A stretch of DNA of 64,000 nt, taken from contig NW_021836304.1 in assembly GCF_006345805.1 (NCBI RefSeq), positions 1 through 64,000 of the forward strand. The letters are read 5' to 3'. The translations under genes were made by a program, and so were the position numbers. The notes under the pieces were generated by a model. It saw nothing but the letters and a program-made list of their open reading frames with translations, was not told the origin of the DNA and did no database searches. Of the stretch, positions 1 through 12,253 are shown piece by piece; position 1 is the first letter of the stretch; every line of letters starts with the position of its first letter. The DNA is from Octopus sinensis (Eukaryota).

Positions 1-92
1 GCTTGACCTCTATGTGAAATAAACAGATTTTTGTGTGGTTTTGAATGGCAACTATATGTCTTCCATGCTGTAATTCTATTTTGCTTCAACAG

Positions 93-118
93 ATGGTCTC
101 AGATCAATCGCTTGCCAG
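93..118 (+). CDS. 26-nt internal exon of an unidentified plus-strand gene
   Basis: Strong acceptor ttctattttgcttcaacag and perfect CAG|gtaagt donor in unique sequence; all three frames open. Confidence 0.55.
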
Positions 119-1166
119 GTAAGTTCATCTCAAATACATTTGGTGCCAAATGTTTGGCACAAGGCCAGCAATTCCGTGGGGCTGGATTAAGTCGATTACA
201 TCGACGCTAGTGTTCACTGGTACTTATTTGTCGATCTCGAAATAATGAAAATCAAACTCAACCTCGGAATTTGAACTCAGCCTAAAGACGGACGAAATGC
301 GCTAAACACTTTACCCAGAGTTCTACCGATTGTGGCAGTTCACCGTCTTGCATCTCCAATATACATTATATAACCTAACAATAATTTCTCATTGGTGAAG
401 TATAGCTGAATGGTTAAGCTGTGCATTCCTCAACAACGAGGTCCAAGTTTCGATCCAACTGCGTGGCATGTTGAGTAAATGTCATTTTCTATAGCTTCGA
501 GTTTGCCCATACCTTGTGAATAAAATTGAGCTTATGGGGAACTGAGCAGAAGCTTTTACCCGTAATTTGAATGGTTCCATCATACGAATTCTCCGTGAGA
601 ATTACGTTAAAGGTAACTTGCATCTCTGAGGAATATACAGCTATTGCGTGTTAATCCGCGCGTAAGTTATTCAGTTGATCAAACAACTGAATCCTCATTG
701 TCCACGACGGAGATCCACTATCAACTATTTTCTCTTAAAGACACAAGACCAGCAATTTGTAGGAAGTTGTGACGACTACATCTACTTCGATATTCGACTG
801 GTATTTATTTTTATATCAACGACAGGACGAAAACCGAAGTTGTCTTTGGCCGGATTTGAACATGCAACACGAAGAGCCGGGACAAAAAGCGCAAAGCAGT
901 ACAAACAATTCTACGAGCCCAACCCTCCTCTCTCTCTTTCTCTTTTTTTTATATTTTGTTTTTCATTTTACATTTTTCAAACATTACATTGTGACTATGC
1001 TGTGGCACTGCCTTGAAATCCCAGTACTTCTGTTTTAAAGTCTGGTACATAGTCTATCGGTCTCTCATAAGCAAGCCAACAGCGATTGTCGACCAATAAT
1101 GTTGGGTCAAGGACAAGCACAATGGCACGTATATACATACATGCATACATACATACATCTTCTTTA

Positions 1167-1487
1167 GACTCCGCCGGTTACGACGACGAGGGTCCCAGCT
1201 GATACGATCAACGGAACAGCTTGCTCGTGAAATTAACGTGCAAATGGCTGAGCATTCCACAGACACGTGTACCCTTAACGTAGTTCTCGGGGATAATCAG
1301 CGTGACACAGAGAGTGACAAGGCTGACCCTTTGAAATACAAGTACAACTCATTTTTGCCAGCTGAGTGGACTGGAGCAACGTGAAATAAAGTGTCTTGCT
1401 CAAGGACACAACGCGTCGCCGGGAATCGAACTCACAACCTTACGATCATGAGCCGAATGCCCTAACCACTAAGCCACGCGCCCTCAC
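1167..1487 (-). mobile_element. tRNA-derived SINE, family A (full length)
   Basis: Pol III A box GGCTTAGTGG and B box GTTCGATTCC; homologous copies at 25038-25341, 29316-30075 and 49115/49497 (heads). Confidence 0.85.
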
Positions 1488-1666
1488 ACATACATACATA
1501 CATACATACATACATACATACATACATACATACAAAAATACCCTGTCGATGTTGTTGAAATTCCAAAGAAGGAACCGTGGACCTTGGTTAGAAACCGGCT
1601 AAGTTATGGGGACATAAACACACCAACACCGGTTGTCAAGCGTTACTAGGGGCGGGGACAAACACG

Positions 1667-1711
<45 letters not shown>

Positions 1712-2299
1712 GGACTGAACTCGAAACTATATGGCTGGGAAGCAAGCTTCTTACCACACAGCCTCGCCTGTGCCTATATTGTTTCAAATTTTGCGGACAA
1801 AGTCAGTTATTTGGTGGGAGGATTCAAATTCCGCCGAGGTCGACCTTGCTTTTGATCCTTTCGGGGTCGATAAATTAAGCACCAGTTACGCACTGTGGTC
1901 GATGTAATCGAATTAATCCCGTTGTCTGTCCTTGTTTGTCCCCTCTGTATTTAGCCCCTTGTGGGTAATAAAGAAATATATTTGGTGGGAGGGGGATTAT
2001 TCGATTACATGCAGCCTAGTTCTTGATTGGTATGTTATATTCTCTAATATAGATAGGATGAAAGGTAAGTTAACCTTGGCCGGATTTGAACATATAACGC
2101 TTCAAAGAACCGGAATAAATTGCGCAGAAGAGCTGTAACGACTCTGCAAACAACCACCCTCTCACTGTATAACCTAATGATAAAATCTCTAGCCCCGGGA
2201 GGATGAAAGGTAAAAATTCATCTCTGCTGGATTTGAACACATAACAACCGCAACAAGATTCAACGAAGTATTATTGTCCAGTCCATTGTCCCTTCACAG

Positions 2300-2318
2300 A
2301 GTAGATACAACTTTGTAA
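2300..2318 (+). CDS. Possible terminal coding exon of the plus-strand gene
   Basis: cattgtcccttcacag acceptor; joined to 93-118 in one frame gives MVSDQSLARVDTTL*; AATAAA near 2408. Confidence 0.4.
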
Positions 2319-3062
2319 TATAAATATCATTTCTCTTCACTAATGTTGAATAATACCAAATGTTCTTTTACATTTCGTTTAAGATGATGCATTTATCGTC
2401 TGCTGGAAAATAAACATTGCTTTGGATTTCGCTCCGTTTGCTTTCCTTTTTTTTAATTTCTGTCTGTTTTAAACTTTATTTTTAGGGTATGAAATTTTTC
2501 TGCTTTGTTGGGTTTCTTTGGTGGATTTTCCTATACACACACACACACATACATACATACATACATACATACATACATACATACATACATACATACATAC
2601 ATACATACACATAAACACTCACACACTCACTCACACACATATAAAGGCTACTTATATTTGACGACTTTCATACATATTAGCACATTTTAAACATTCTTGC
2701 ACTTTTGGATTTGGATGAATCAGCAGGAAAATTGAAAGCCTACTTTTTGTTATATGCTCATACATTATGAGGGTGTGTGCGTCTATATATATATATATAT
2801 ATATACATACCTATATATGTATATATACATATATATATACTTACATATATATATGTTATATATACATATATCTATATATAATATATTTATTCCATCGATA
2901 TATATATACATATATATATATATATACCACACACACACACACCCCATATATATATATATATTCTTTGGACCTTGTTGTCTTCTGTATTTGATTTCATTAC
3001 ATATACTTACATACCTCATTACAACCATACAACAAACACACAACAGACGGGCAGCCACATGC

Positions 3063-3144
<82 letters not shown>

Positions 3145-3582
3145 TGCGTTATGTATGCATGTATACTTCAATAGTGGTTTAGGGATAATGTCTTCCATAT
3201 TTAAACTGAATAACATTTTTTATTTTATATAAAACATAGGAAATTAAAAACACATACGCACAAACACATGTGCGCACACACACAACACACACACTCTCTC
3301 TCACACACACATACACTCTCTCTCTCTCTCACACACGCACACGTGTGTGTGTGTGTTTCCGTTTTAAAAAAGGCGTTGCATTTTTCAAATGTTTGACGTA
3401 ACCTGAGAGTCCTTATCGCCAACCGTGTTTGCTATTAACTCGTATGTAGTATTGAAGTTCAGTGAAAAAAAAAAAAACGGTTCCGCGATACGGAACTCTC
3501 AGATACGCAACGTTGCTGTGACACTGACATTGCTTTCGAATAAATTCGTAAGACACGTACAAACATACGAGCGCGCGCATAG

Positions 3583-3621
<39 letters not shown>

Positions 3622-4274
3622 AACACACACATACATAAAAACACACATACATGTGTATATATATAATATATATATATATATATGTAACAGCGGTTCGCCA
3701 AAAGAGACCGAAAGAATAAGTACTAGGCTTACAAAGAATAAGTCATGGGGTGGATTTGCTCGAATAAAGGCGGTGCTCCAGCATGGCCGCAGTCTAATGA
3801 CTGAAACAAGTAAAAGAGTGAAAGAGAGTAAAAGAGAGTATACAAAAGGGCTTTGTATATATAAATGTTTGTTTTTTTTTACATATCCTATATATGGAGA
3901 AATATGACGAGATGACCAATTATCAACAATTACCTGCAGTTTAAAGATTATATATCAAACACTGCTGCCGTCGTCATATGAGCCTATCAGGAGAATATAA
4001 TTAAAAACAAACAAAAAAAACATTCGTAAGGCTACAGTGTAATGCAAGGGAGATAACTTCGGTCTAGCTTGTCAGTTTCCAATGACAATTTAAAAGTGGA
4101 GTTGAATGCAGGATACATCCCACACATCGCCGCCACAGATAAAAACCACCAACACCACCACCACAACCACTGTGGCTTTTGTTTATCTCCATAATTAGCA
4201 TCAAATGATAAATAAAATTCCCCCCGCCCTACCCCTCTCTTATCCGGTTTTGAGTAACGTGGAAACATCTAACC

Positions 4275-4419
4275 CAGTCGTGGGCCAACTGCGGCCCGCG
4301 GGATTTTCTGAATGCTATGCCTAGCGAAAAACTACGTTGAAATTCTTAGTAGTGCAGACTGCCTGATGATGAATCATATCTCATGCGGCCCGCTTTTCGA
4401 AAAACGTTGCCCGTGCCTG
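4275..4419. mobile_element. Small hAT-Charlie-like MITE
   Basis: Imperfect TIR cagtcgtgggccaac / gttgcccgtgcctg, subterminal GCGGCCCGC motifs, flanks both begin ATCT. Confidence 0.6.
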
Positions 4420-5189
4420 ATCTTCGCAGATTGTCAATGCCAGAAATAACACTCATATATTTATATTAAATGGAAATTGATACAGAGTGATTTGGGGGTG
4501 ATTAGCTGTTATGTGTGTAACATAGCGGTCCGTCAAAAGAGACAGGTCGAGTAAAGAGTATCCAGACTACCTCGCTGGTTCTTACCTGGACTTGAACGTG
4601 ACAACGCCGATTTACAAATCATACGTCACTTTTGTAGTGTAATCCTTGCTCTACATTCAAGGGGTGTGATTAATATTCTTTCTGATTTTGGTACAAGGTC
4701 GACAATTTGACCCTGGTGCTGAACTAGTGCTTGTTTTATCGATCCGGAAAGGATGAAAGGCAAAGTCAGAATTTGAACTAAGAACGTAATAGAGATGGAT
4801 GAAGCACCGCCAAGTATTTTGTCCGACGAGCTAACAATTCTGCCAGTTCGCTACCTTGAGATTTTGGCGAGAGGGAGCCAATCGATCACATTGATTCCAG
4901 CACTCTAGTGTTTCTTATTTTCTAGACTTCGAAGACTAAAGGCAAAGGCACACTAGGCGAAACCTGAACTCAAGACGTAAAGTTGCTAAGCACTTAGAAG
5001 AAATGCCGCCAAGCATTTTGAAGAAATGCCGCTAAACATTTTGCGAAATGTATGTATGTATGTATGAATGTATGTATGTATGTATGTATGTGTATGTGTA
5101 TGTGTATGCATATAAGAGTGTATGCATGTATGTGCACGTATGTATTTATGTACGTATGTATATATGTATATATATATGTGTGTACATAT

Positions 5190-5390
5190 ACTCTTTTACT
5201 CTTTTACTTGTTTCAGTCATTTGACTGTGGCTATGCTGGAGCACCGCCTTTAGTCAATAAATCGACCCTAGGACTTTGTAAGCCTAGTACTTATTCTATC
5301 GGCCATTTTTGACGAACCGCTAAGTTATCGGGGACGTAAACACACCCGTATCGGTTGTCAAGCGATGCTGGGAGGACAAACTCAGACACA

Positions 5391-5430
<40 letters not shown>

Positions 5431-5460
5431 ACACACACACACAAACACACACACACATAT

Positions 5461-5510
<50 letters not shown>

Positions 5511-5700
5511 ATATATTATATACATCCATACATATATACGAGGGGCTTCTTTCAGTTTCCGTCTACCAAATCCACTCACAAGGCTTTGGTCGGCCCGGGG
5601 CTATAGTAGGAGACACTTTCCCAAGGTCCCACACAGTGGGAATGAACCCAGAACCATGTGGTTGATAAGCGAGCTACTTACCACACAGCCATTCCTACGC
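5190..5700 (-). mobile_element. SINE family C with central (CA)n/(TA)n microsatellite
   Basis: Head ggctgtgtggtaagtagc..ggttc..tcccactg, tail gactgaaacaagtaaaagagtaaaagag; other copies at 8850-9240, 30775-31120, 3685-3840, 23650-23850, 25380-25580, 62540-62690. Confidence 0.8.
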
Positions 5701-6245
5701 CTATATGCACGTATGTAAGTTTATATGTCAGTATGCATTCATATATGTGTGTGTTGTGTAGGTAATGAGTAACTTCGAATCCCCTCTGTTTACGATACAA
5801 AAAGATATTTTAGGTAAATGTAGCCATTCGATAAACAGAGAACGATGAATTCCGCTCCATTGAACCAACTGGAGTAAATTTATTTGATGAGTGGGAATGT
5901 CAAATTTATTTCCAGCCTCCGCACCTTGTCCAACACAGAACAAAGGTCAACTAAGAGAGTGGGGGGTTGATAAATAGACATGTTGATGAGATCGATTTAG
6001 AATTTTCCTATATTCCTCATCGTACAGACACGCACACACACACATACACAATTATGGAAGTAATTACATATAAATATTTTGCTTGGGTATTGCAAAGCTA
6101 AATACCCTAATGTTAGAACTCAATATACATGTTGTTCCAGAATGAAGGATCATTCGAGTATAGAACGGTAATAAGACATTCAGATAACAAAAGAATAAGG
6201 TGCATCTTATAGCATAACAGTAGTAAGCTAATTGTTTGTTCCTTC

Positions 6246-6540
6246 TCGAGCCATGCCTGGCTCATTGGGGTCGGTTTCCAGGTTTCCTTGACGTATAGGA
6301 TTCCCCACCTGGACGGGACACCGGTCCGTCGCAGGTGAGCTGCATGATGCAGGAGGAAAGAGTGGGAGAACGTTGTGGCGAAAGATTCAGCAGAAGTTTC
6401 GCCATTACCTTCTGCTGGAACCGCGTTGAGCTTAGGTTTTTCGCTCATAAACACACACACACATCGCCCAGTCTGAGGTTCGAACCCGCGATTCCTCGAC
6501 CGCGAGTCCGCTGCTCTAACGACTAGCTATGTGCCTCCAC
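6246..6540 (-). mobile_element. tRNA-derived SINE, family D
   Basis: Head gtggaggcacatagctagtcgttagagcagcggactc..ggttcgaacc shared with 59658-60030. Confidence 0.7.
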
Positions 6541-6601
6541 TGTGAGATAATGAAGTTCATTAAATAATTGTTTATACCTTTATCATCCCAATTTCTATGA
6601 T

Positions 6602-6643
<42 letters not shown>

Positions 6644-6646
<3 letters not shown>

Positions 6647-6900
6647 TTCCTATTATGTCAAACTGTTGCAAGTCCAAATTTGGTCAAATGGGTTTTTTTT
6701 TTTTTGGTCAATATAATTTTTGCTTTCAAAAGCCAGTTCTTTTGGTCAAACTATCGTATCTTCAGCTGCTTCAGCTGCCAAGATATCAAAAATTGGCAAA
6801 ATGTAGTACAATGGTCTTGCTCTGGAATGGTGAAAAAATTTTTTCCTTTTCTGAAAAAGCAACATTTTGGACTTACGACACTTTCGCATAATAGCAACGA
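6644..6900. mobile_element. TA-flanked MITE, family 1
   Basis: TIR tcgttcctattatg / cataatagcaacga between TA dinucleotides; homologous to 37617-37859. Confidence 0.75.
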
Positions 6901-7103
6901 TACATACATACATCCATACATACATCCATACATACATCCAAACATACATACATACATACATACATACATACATACATACATCCAAACATACATACATACA
7001 TACATACATACATACATACATACATACATACAACATACATACATCCAAACATACATACATACATACATACATACATACATACATACATACATACATGCAT
7101 ACA

Positions 7104-7137
<34 letters not shown>

Positions 7138-7230
7138 CATACATACGTACGTACGTACGTACGTACGTACGTACGTTGTATGTATGTATGTATGTATGTA
7201 TGTATGTATGTATGTATGTATTTATGTATG
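6901..7230. repeat. (CATA)n flipping to (TATG)n across a (CGTA)n centre
   Basis: Directly visible. Confidence 0.95.
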
Positions 7231-7657
7231 TATCGTTGCTATTATGCGAAAGTGTCGTATTATGCGAAAGATACTTCGAAATCACTGACAATACTCTTCT
7301 TGTTTAAGAATAGTAAATTTATAGTCTACAGAAATATGGAGTAATCCTTCTGAATAATGTAGAATTGTTTTTTTATTATAACTGAACATAGAAGCAAACA
7401 TAAATGTGTGTGCGCGCGCGCGTGTGTATGCGCATGCGCGTTTGTATATCCGCGTGCGTTCGTGTGTGTATGTATGGGCATAGCTATATAGATCGATATA
7501 GATACATCGGTTTATTGAACCAAAGAAATACATATATGTGTATGAAGTTTATTAAAGCAGTGAGTCCAACCAAAGCATTTTGTTTCGTCATATGTGTATA
7601 TATATATATATATATATACATGCGTGTGTGCATACGAGTGTGTGTATGTGAGTGTGC

Positions 7658-7712
<55 letters not shown>

Positions 7713-8198
7713 GGTGTATTTATGTATATATGCATGTATTATATATACATTATATACATATATATACACATGCATGGCTCCTGTTCATGTGTGTGTATAC
7801 AGAGTGAAAGACAGTGACTTGAGAATCGATTTTATAGTAACTCATATATAGTCTGATTGATCTTTCGTTGTTTGTATATTTATTTTCCCAATGTTCTGCG
7901 AGTTTTGTTGAACTACAGTTAGGGATAAGAGCTGTGCTATATTAAATACATCATATTACAGTTAGAGAGAAACATTGACAGAGAAAGAGTCGAGGGGCCG
8001 AAATAGATGAAGGGACACGGAAATAAGGAAAAAAAAAACGAAGTAGAATACACACAAAAAAAAATAATGTTTTCCACATAGAAACAAAAGAAAAGTATTG
8101 AAACAATAAAATACGGTGTTAAAGTCTGTTTTTCAGTGAAAATAATGAAATGAAACAGCTTTGGTGGTCTGCGTTGCTGGTTTGTTAGTTGTCATTCG

Positions 8199-8353
8199 TC
8201 AATGAACGTAATGTAATATAAAGTGGACAATGAACAGGAAATGAAGGCGTAAATACAGAAGTTTCGACGACCAGCGTTTGTGATTGGTCAACTGTGACAG
8301 AATGGCGTTGATATGAACAAGAGGCATGCATGCACTCATGCACAGCACTGCAC
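8199..8353 (-). CDS. Putative terminal exon of the contactin-like gene (possible GPI signal)
   Basis: tatacgcag acceptor in the required phase 1; GAVLCMSACMPLVHINAILSQLTNHKRWSSKLLYLRLHFLFIVHFILHYVH* ends in a hydrophobic tail. Weak pyrimidine tract, no recognisable homology. Confidence 0.45.
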
Positions 8354-8563
8354 CTGCGTATATAATGTATATAAGATATATCCAATCGTTTATCGTTGTT
8401 CACAAAGACCAGATAAATGAATTTTCGCATAGACAAAAACTATATAAGTACATATACGTGAGTATAAATACACACACACACACATATATACATACATACA
8501 TGCATACATACACACACACATACACACACACACACACACATACGTATATATGTCATTATTTTT

Positions 8564-8609
<46 letters not shown>

Positions 8610-9936
8610 TAATAGTATATTAGTTTCAAATTTTGGCACAAGGCCATCTATTTCAGTGATGGGGTAGGTTGAGTACACCGGCCCCAGTGCTCAACTGCCA
8701 CATATTTTATTGACTCCAGAAAGATGAAAGGCTAAGTCGACCTCGGCAGGATTTGAACTCAGAGCAAAAGGTGACGGACGAAATGCCGCTAAGCATTTTG
8801 TCCGGCGTGCTAACGGTTCTGCCAGTTTGCTGCTTTAATATCTCTCATCTTCTTCTACTTGTTTCAGTCATTTGACTGTGGCTATGCTGGGGCACCGCCT
8901 TAAAAGGTTTTAGTCGAACAAATTGACCACAAGACTTCTTACGCCTAGTACTTATTCTATCGGTCTCTTTTGCCAAACCGCTTGGTTACGTGGACATAAA
9001 CGTACCAACACCGGTTGTCAAGCAGTGGTGGTGGCACAAAGACAGACACAAAGATACACACACACAACATATATACACGCAGACACACACACACTCACAC
9101 ACACACACACACGTTTGCCAAATCCACTCACTTTGGTCAGCCGAAGGCTATTGTAGAAGACACTTGCCCAAGGTGCCAGGCTGTGGGTCTGAACCTGGAA
9201 CCGTGTGACTGGAAAGCAAGCTTAGTATCACACAGGCACGATAGTATATTCTTTTCTACTGAAGGCACAAGGCCCAAAATTTGTGGGGAAGAGGCCAGTT
9301 GATTAGATTGACTCCAGTACGCAACGGGTACTTAATTCATCGACCCCGAAAGGATGAAAGGCAAAGTCGAACTCGGAGGCACGATTGTATATTGTCAATG
9401 TTTTAGTGCTCTCACGATCGACAGAACGAAATGCCAGAGTTATGATACGAACACCAGATTAACGGTGATGGCTTTCCTTCTCACTACAGTTTTATATGTC
9501 CAATGGGTAAAGTATTATTTTAAACACCCTATGAACAAATAAGGGTGTCTGTATTTAATTATAGAAGTTAACAGATCGGCTGTCTGCAAAAGACACATAA
9601 AAATCATGATGTCTCAATATGGTAAAAATCACACACACATACACATAGAGACACACACAGACACAAACGCACACAGACACACACACACACACACACACAC
9701 CACACACACACACACCACACACACATATATATATATTTATATATATCTATATATATATATATATATACGGTAATGTAATGATCCAGACAATATATTAAAA
9801 TTAGCCCTGCCCTCAACTGTGGAAACTAATACCTCCCCTGTATCGGCAGACGACACCACGATGACGGATGACTCAGTAAGACGATGTATCAGCAGTCATA
9901 CATTTCTTCATATAAACATATATAGACACACGTATA

Positions 9937-9985
<49 letters not shown>

Positions 9986-11034
9986 ATGACGATCCAAACA
10001 AAAACTTTCTCCGTGTAACATTAGGGACGACACATCTGGTTCTAATTCCTGGGAGAAGATGGCCATTAGAGGAGTTTTCCCCTCCTATGTTTGTATGCGT
10101 CCGATTATGTGTGTATGTGTGTGCTTGTGTGTGTGTGTGTGAGTGTGTGTGTGTGTGTGCTTGTGTGTGTGCGTGTGTGTGCATGTGCATGTGTGCTTGT
10201 GTGTGTGCGTGTGTGTTTGTGAGTGTGTGTGTGTGTGTGTGTGTGCATGTGTGCTTGTGTGTGTGTGTATGTGTGTGTGTTTGTGAGTGTGTGTGTGTGT
10301 GTGCGCGCTTGTGCGAATGGGCTCACTCACGATGTTTGCTTTTGGTTTTGTAGTTAATGGCTATATATGTATAGGTTAAAAATACTTAGCATTTGAGAAG
10401 AAGAAATCCTCAAGAGATTTTAACCATCCGTCTTACATTGTGCTTCAATAAAAAAATAAAAATTCTACTTAAGCACTCTTTTTTTTTTTTTGGTGTTGTA
10501 TGTACACCTTTTTCTCCGTTTGTCATTTCACTCTCAATGCCGTCTTCCGAAGTGGATTTTGGTAAAACGGTGCCAAACGACTGGACAAGCAATTAATTCA
10601 AGTGAGCCACTTATGCGTTTCAGGAAAATTTGGATATGTATAAATAACAGTCTCTATATACGAGGGAATAAATACCCAGAGGGATATGTTCCTAGAATAA
10701 TTTGAAAATTTATACGATTTCAATAATTTGCAACTAATTTAATAAAACTAATGTGGTGATCACTAAGTTTAGCACAACAGTTTTACTTTTATCATTTAGA
10801 ATTTAGTATCATATTGTTTGGTGGACGGCGATAATCATTCTATTGTTATTTGGAATTTTGCCTGCGGATAACTTGTTTGCTGTATATTTGTAATATTTTG
10901 AGCTATTCGCCATTTTGCTGTTCTCGTTGTTGCCGTTGCTATCGTTGTGGCTGTTGCTATACACACATAGACATTTATATAGACGCATGCACATTCATAT
11001 ATATCCATATACATGTGTGTGTGTATGTGTCGAT

Positions 11035-11072
<38 letters not shown>

Positions 11073-11279
11073 CACGTACATACATGTTTACGCTTATATA
11101 TATATATATATATATATAATCATTATTATTTGCGGGAATAAAATCCAAACTGACAAGGAAAAAAATTTAATTTAGAAATACTAAATATTGTGTATGTCTC
11201 TATGTGTATGTATGTGTGATTTTTCTATTATATGTAATTTAATTGCTCATTTTGAATTGAAAAGGTGTTTTTTTCTAAT

Positions 11280-11337
<58 letters not shown>

Positions 11338-11664
11338 GACATACAAACACATATACATACAAGCATACATAAATATTTTCTAACAGATATACCGTTTTAC
11401 AATTAATACAATCAAATTGCTTTGTAAAATGAAGTTGAAATAACTGTAATGTGATATATTTCTGAAAAGTATTGCAATAACACTACCTATTTAGGCATTG
11501 ACTGCTATCTTGAAAGAAGTCTCTTTCATTTTATTCTCATCAACATATCTATATAACCATATACATGTATGTACATGTATATGGTTATATAGATAGATAG
11601 ATAATACATAAATAAACATATAAATATATACACACACACATACAAATATATGCACATATACATA

Positions 11665-11718
<54 letters not shown>

Positions 11719-11978
11719 CATCTCCCCCTCATCTCCCCTCTCTACACTACACCATACGACATTACACATCACATCATACATACATACATACATTCTCTCA
11801 TACACACACGCACCCTTATGTTGGGGCAAAGTCATTTGACCCTGTTATCTCCCCTATTTTTGCTCTTGCGTCTCACGTTTGATCTCTGACTTCTGGCCAG
11901 AATCGCCAGGTTGAATCGCTAGCTTCTGCACGCATTTTTTTTCTCTCCTTGTTTCTCTCCGTGTTTCTTTTCTGTGTA

Positions 11979-12016
11979 TCTTTCTGTTGAAGAGCGTTGG
12001 CTCGAAACGTAAAAGA
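11979..12016 (+). ncRNA. Minimal hammerhead-like motif, U6 variant (copy 1)
   Basis: TCTTT CTGTTGA A GAGC GTTG GCTC GAA ACGT A AAAGA: stem I TCTTT/AAAGA, stem II GAGC/GCTC, loopless palindromic stem III ACGT. Confidence 0.6.
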
Positions 12017-12253
12017 CTTGTTTTATTTATATTCCTGAGGGCCATACTAATACAATTGTTTGTTTGTACTCCACCTGCCTTCGTCTTTTGTTATTTTCAT
12101 AAAGCTTCTCGTTATATACACACACTATATATTATATTATATATTATATATATATTATATACTATACAGACACACACACACACATGTATATATGTAAATA
12201 TCTACTACATATGTGGAAATCGGTGTGTGTTTGTTCGTGGCGTTGTTATCTAA

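Noticed and set aside
1167-1487. tRNA genes at A/B-box-containing heads (also 25038, 59658, 62154)
   Set aside because: Continue into conserved SINE bodies and lack a complete cloverleaf; these are tRNA-derived SINEs
2754-3232. Many ORFs rich in YI/HT/CV/MYVC repeats (also 6680-7307, 39595-40068, 44746-45903, 53961-54825, 58818-59348)
   Set aside because: Translations of (TA)n, (CA)n, (CATA)n, (CAT)n and (GAA/GGA)n microsatellites, which are stop-free by composition; no coding signal
6141-6167. Possible 27-nt plus-strand microexon (ttgttccag|...ACG|gtaata; NEGSFEYRT)
   Set aside because: Weak donor, lies downstream of the candidate terminal exon and poly(A) signal of the plus-strand gene; no independent support
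10500-10592. Short ORF LVQSFGTVLPKSTSEDGIESEMTNGEK with AG/GT borders
   Set aside because: Stop codon in the contactin phase, weak gtgtac donor, no family motif
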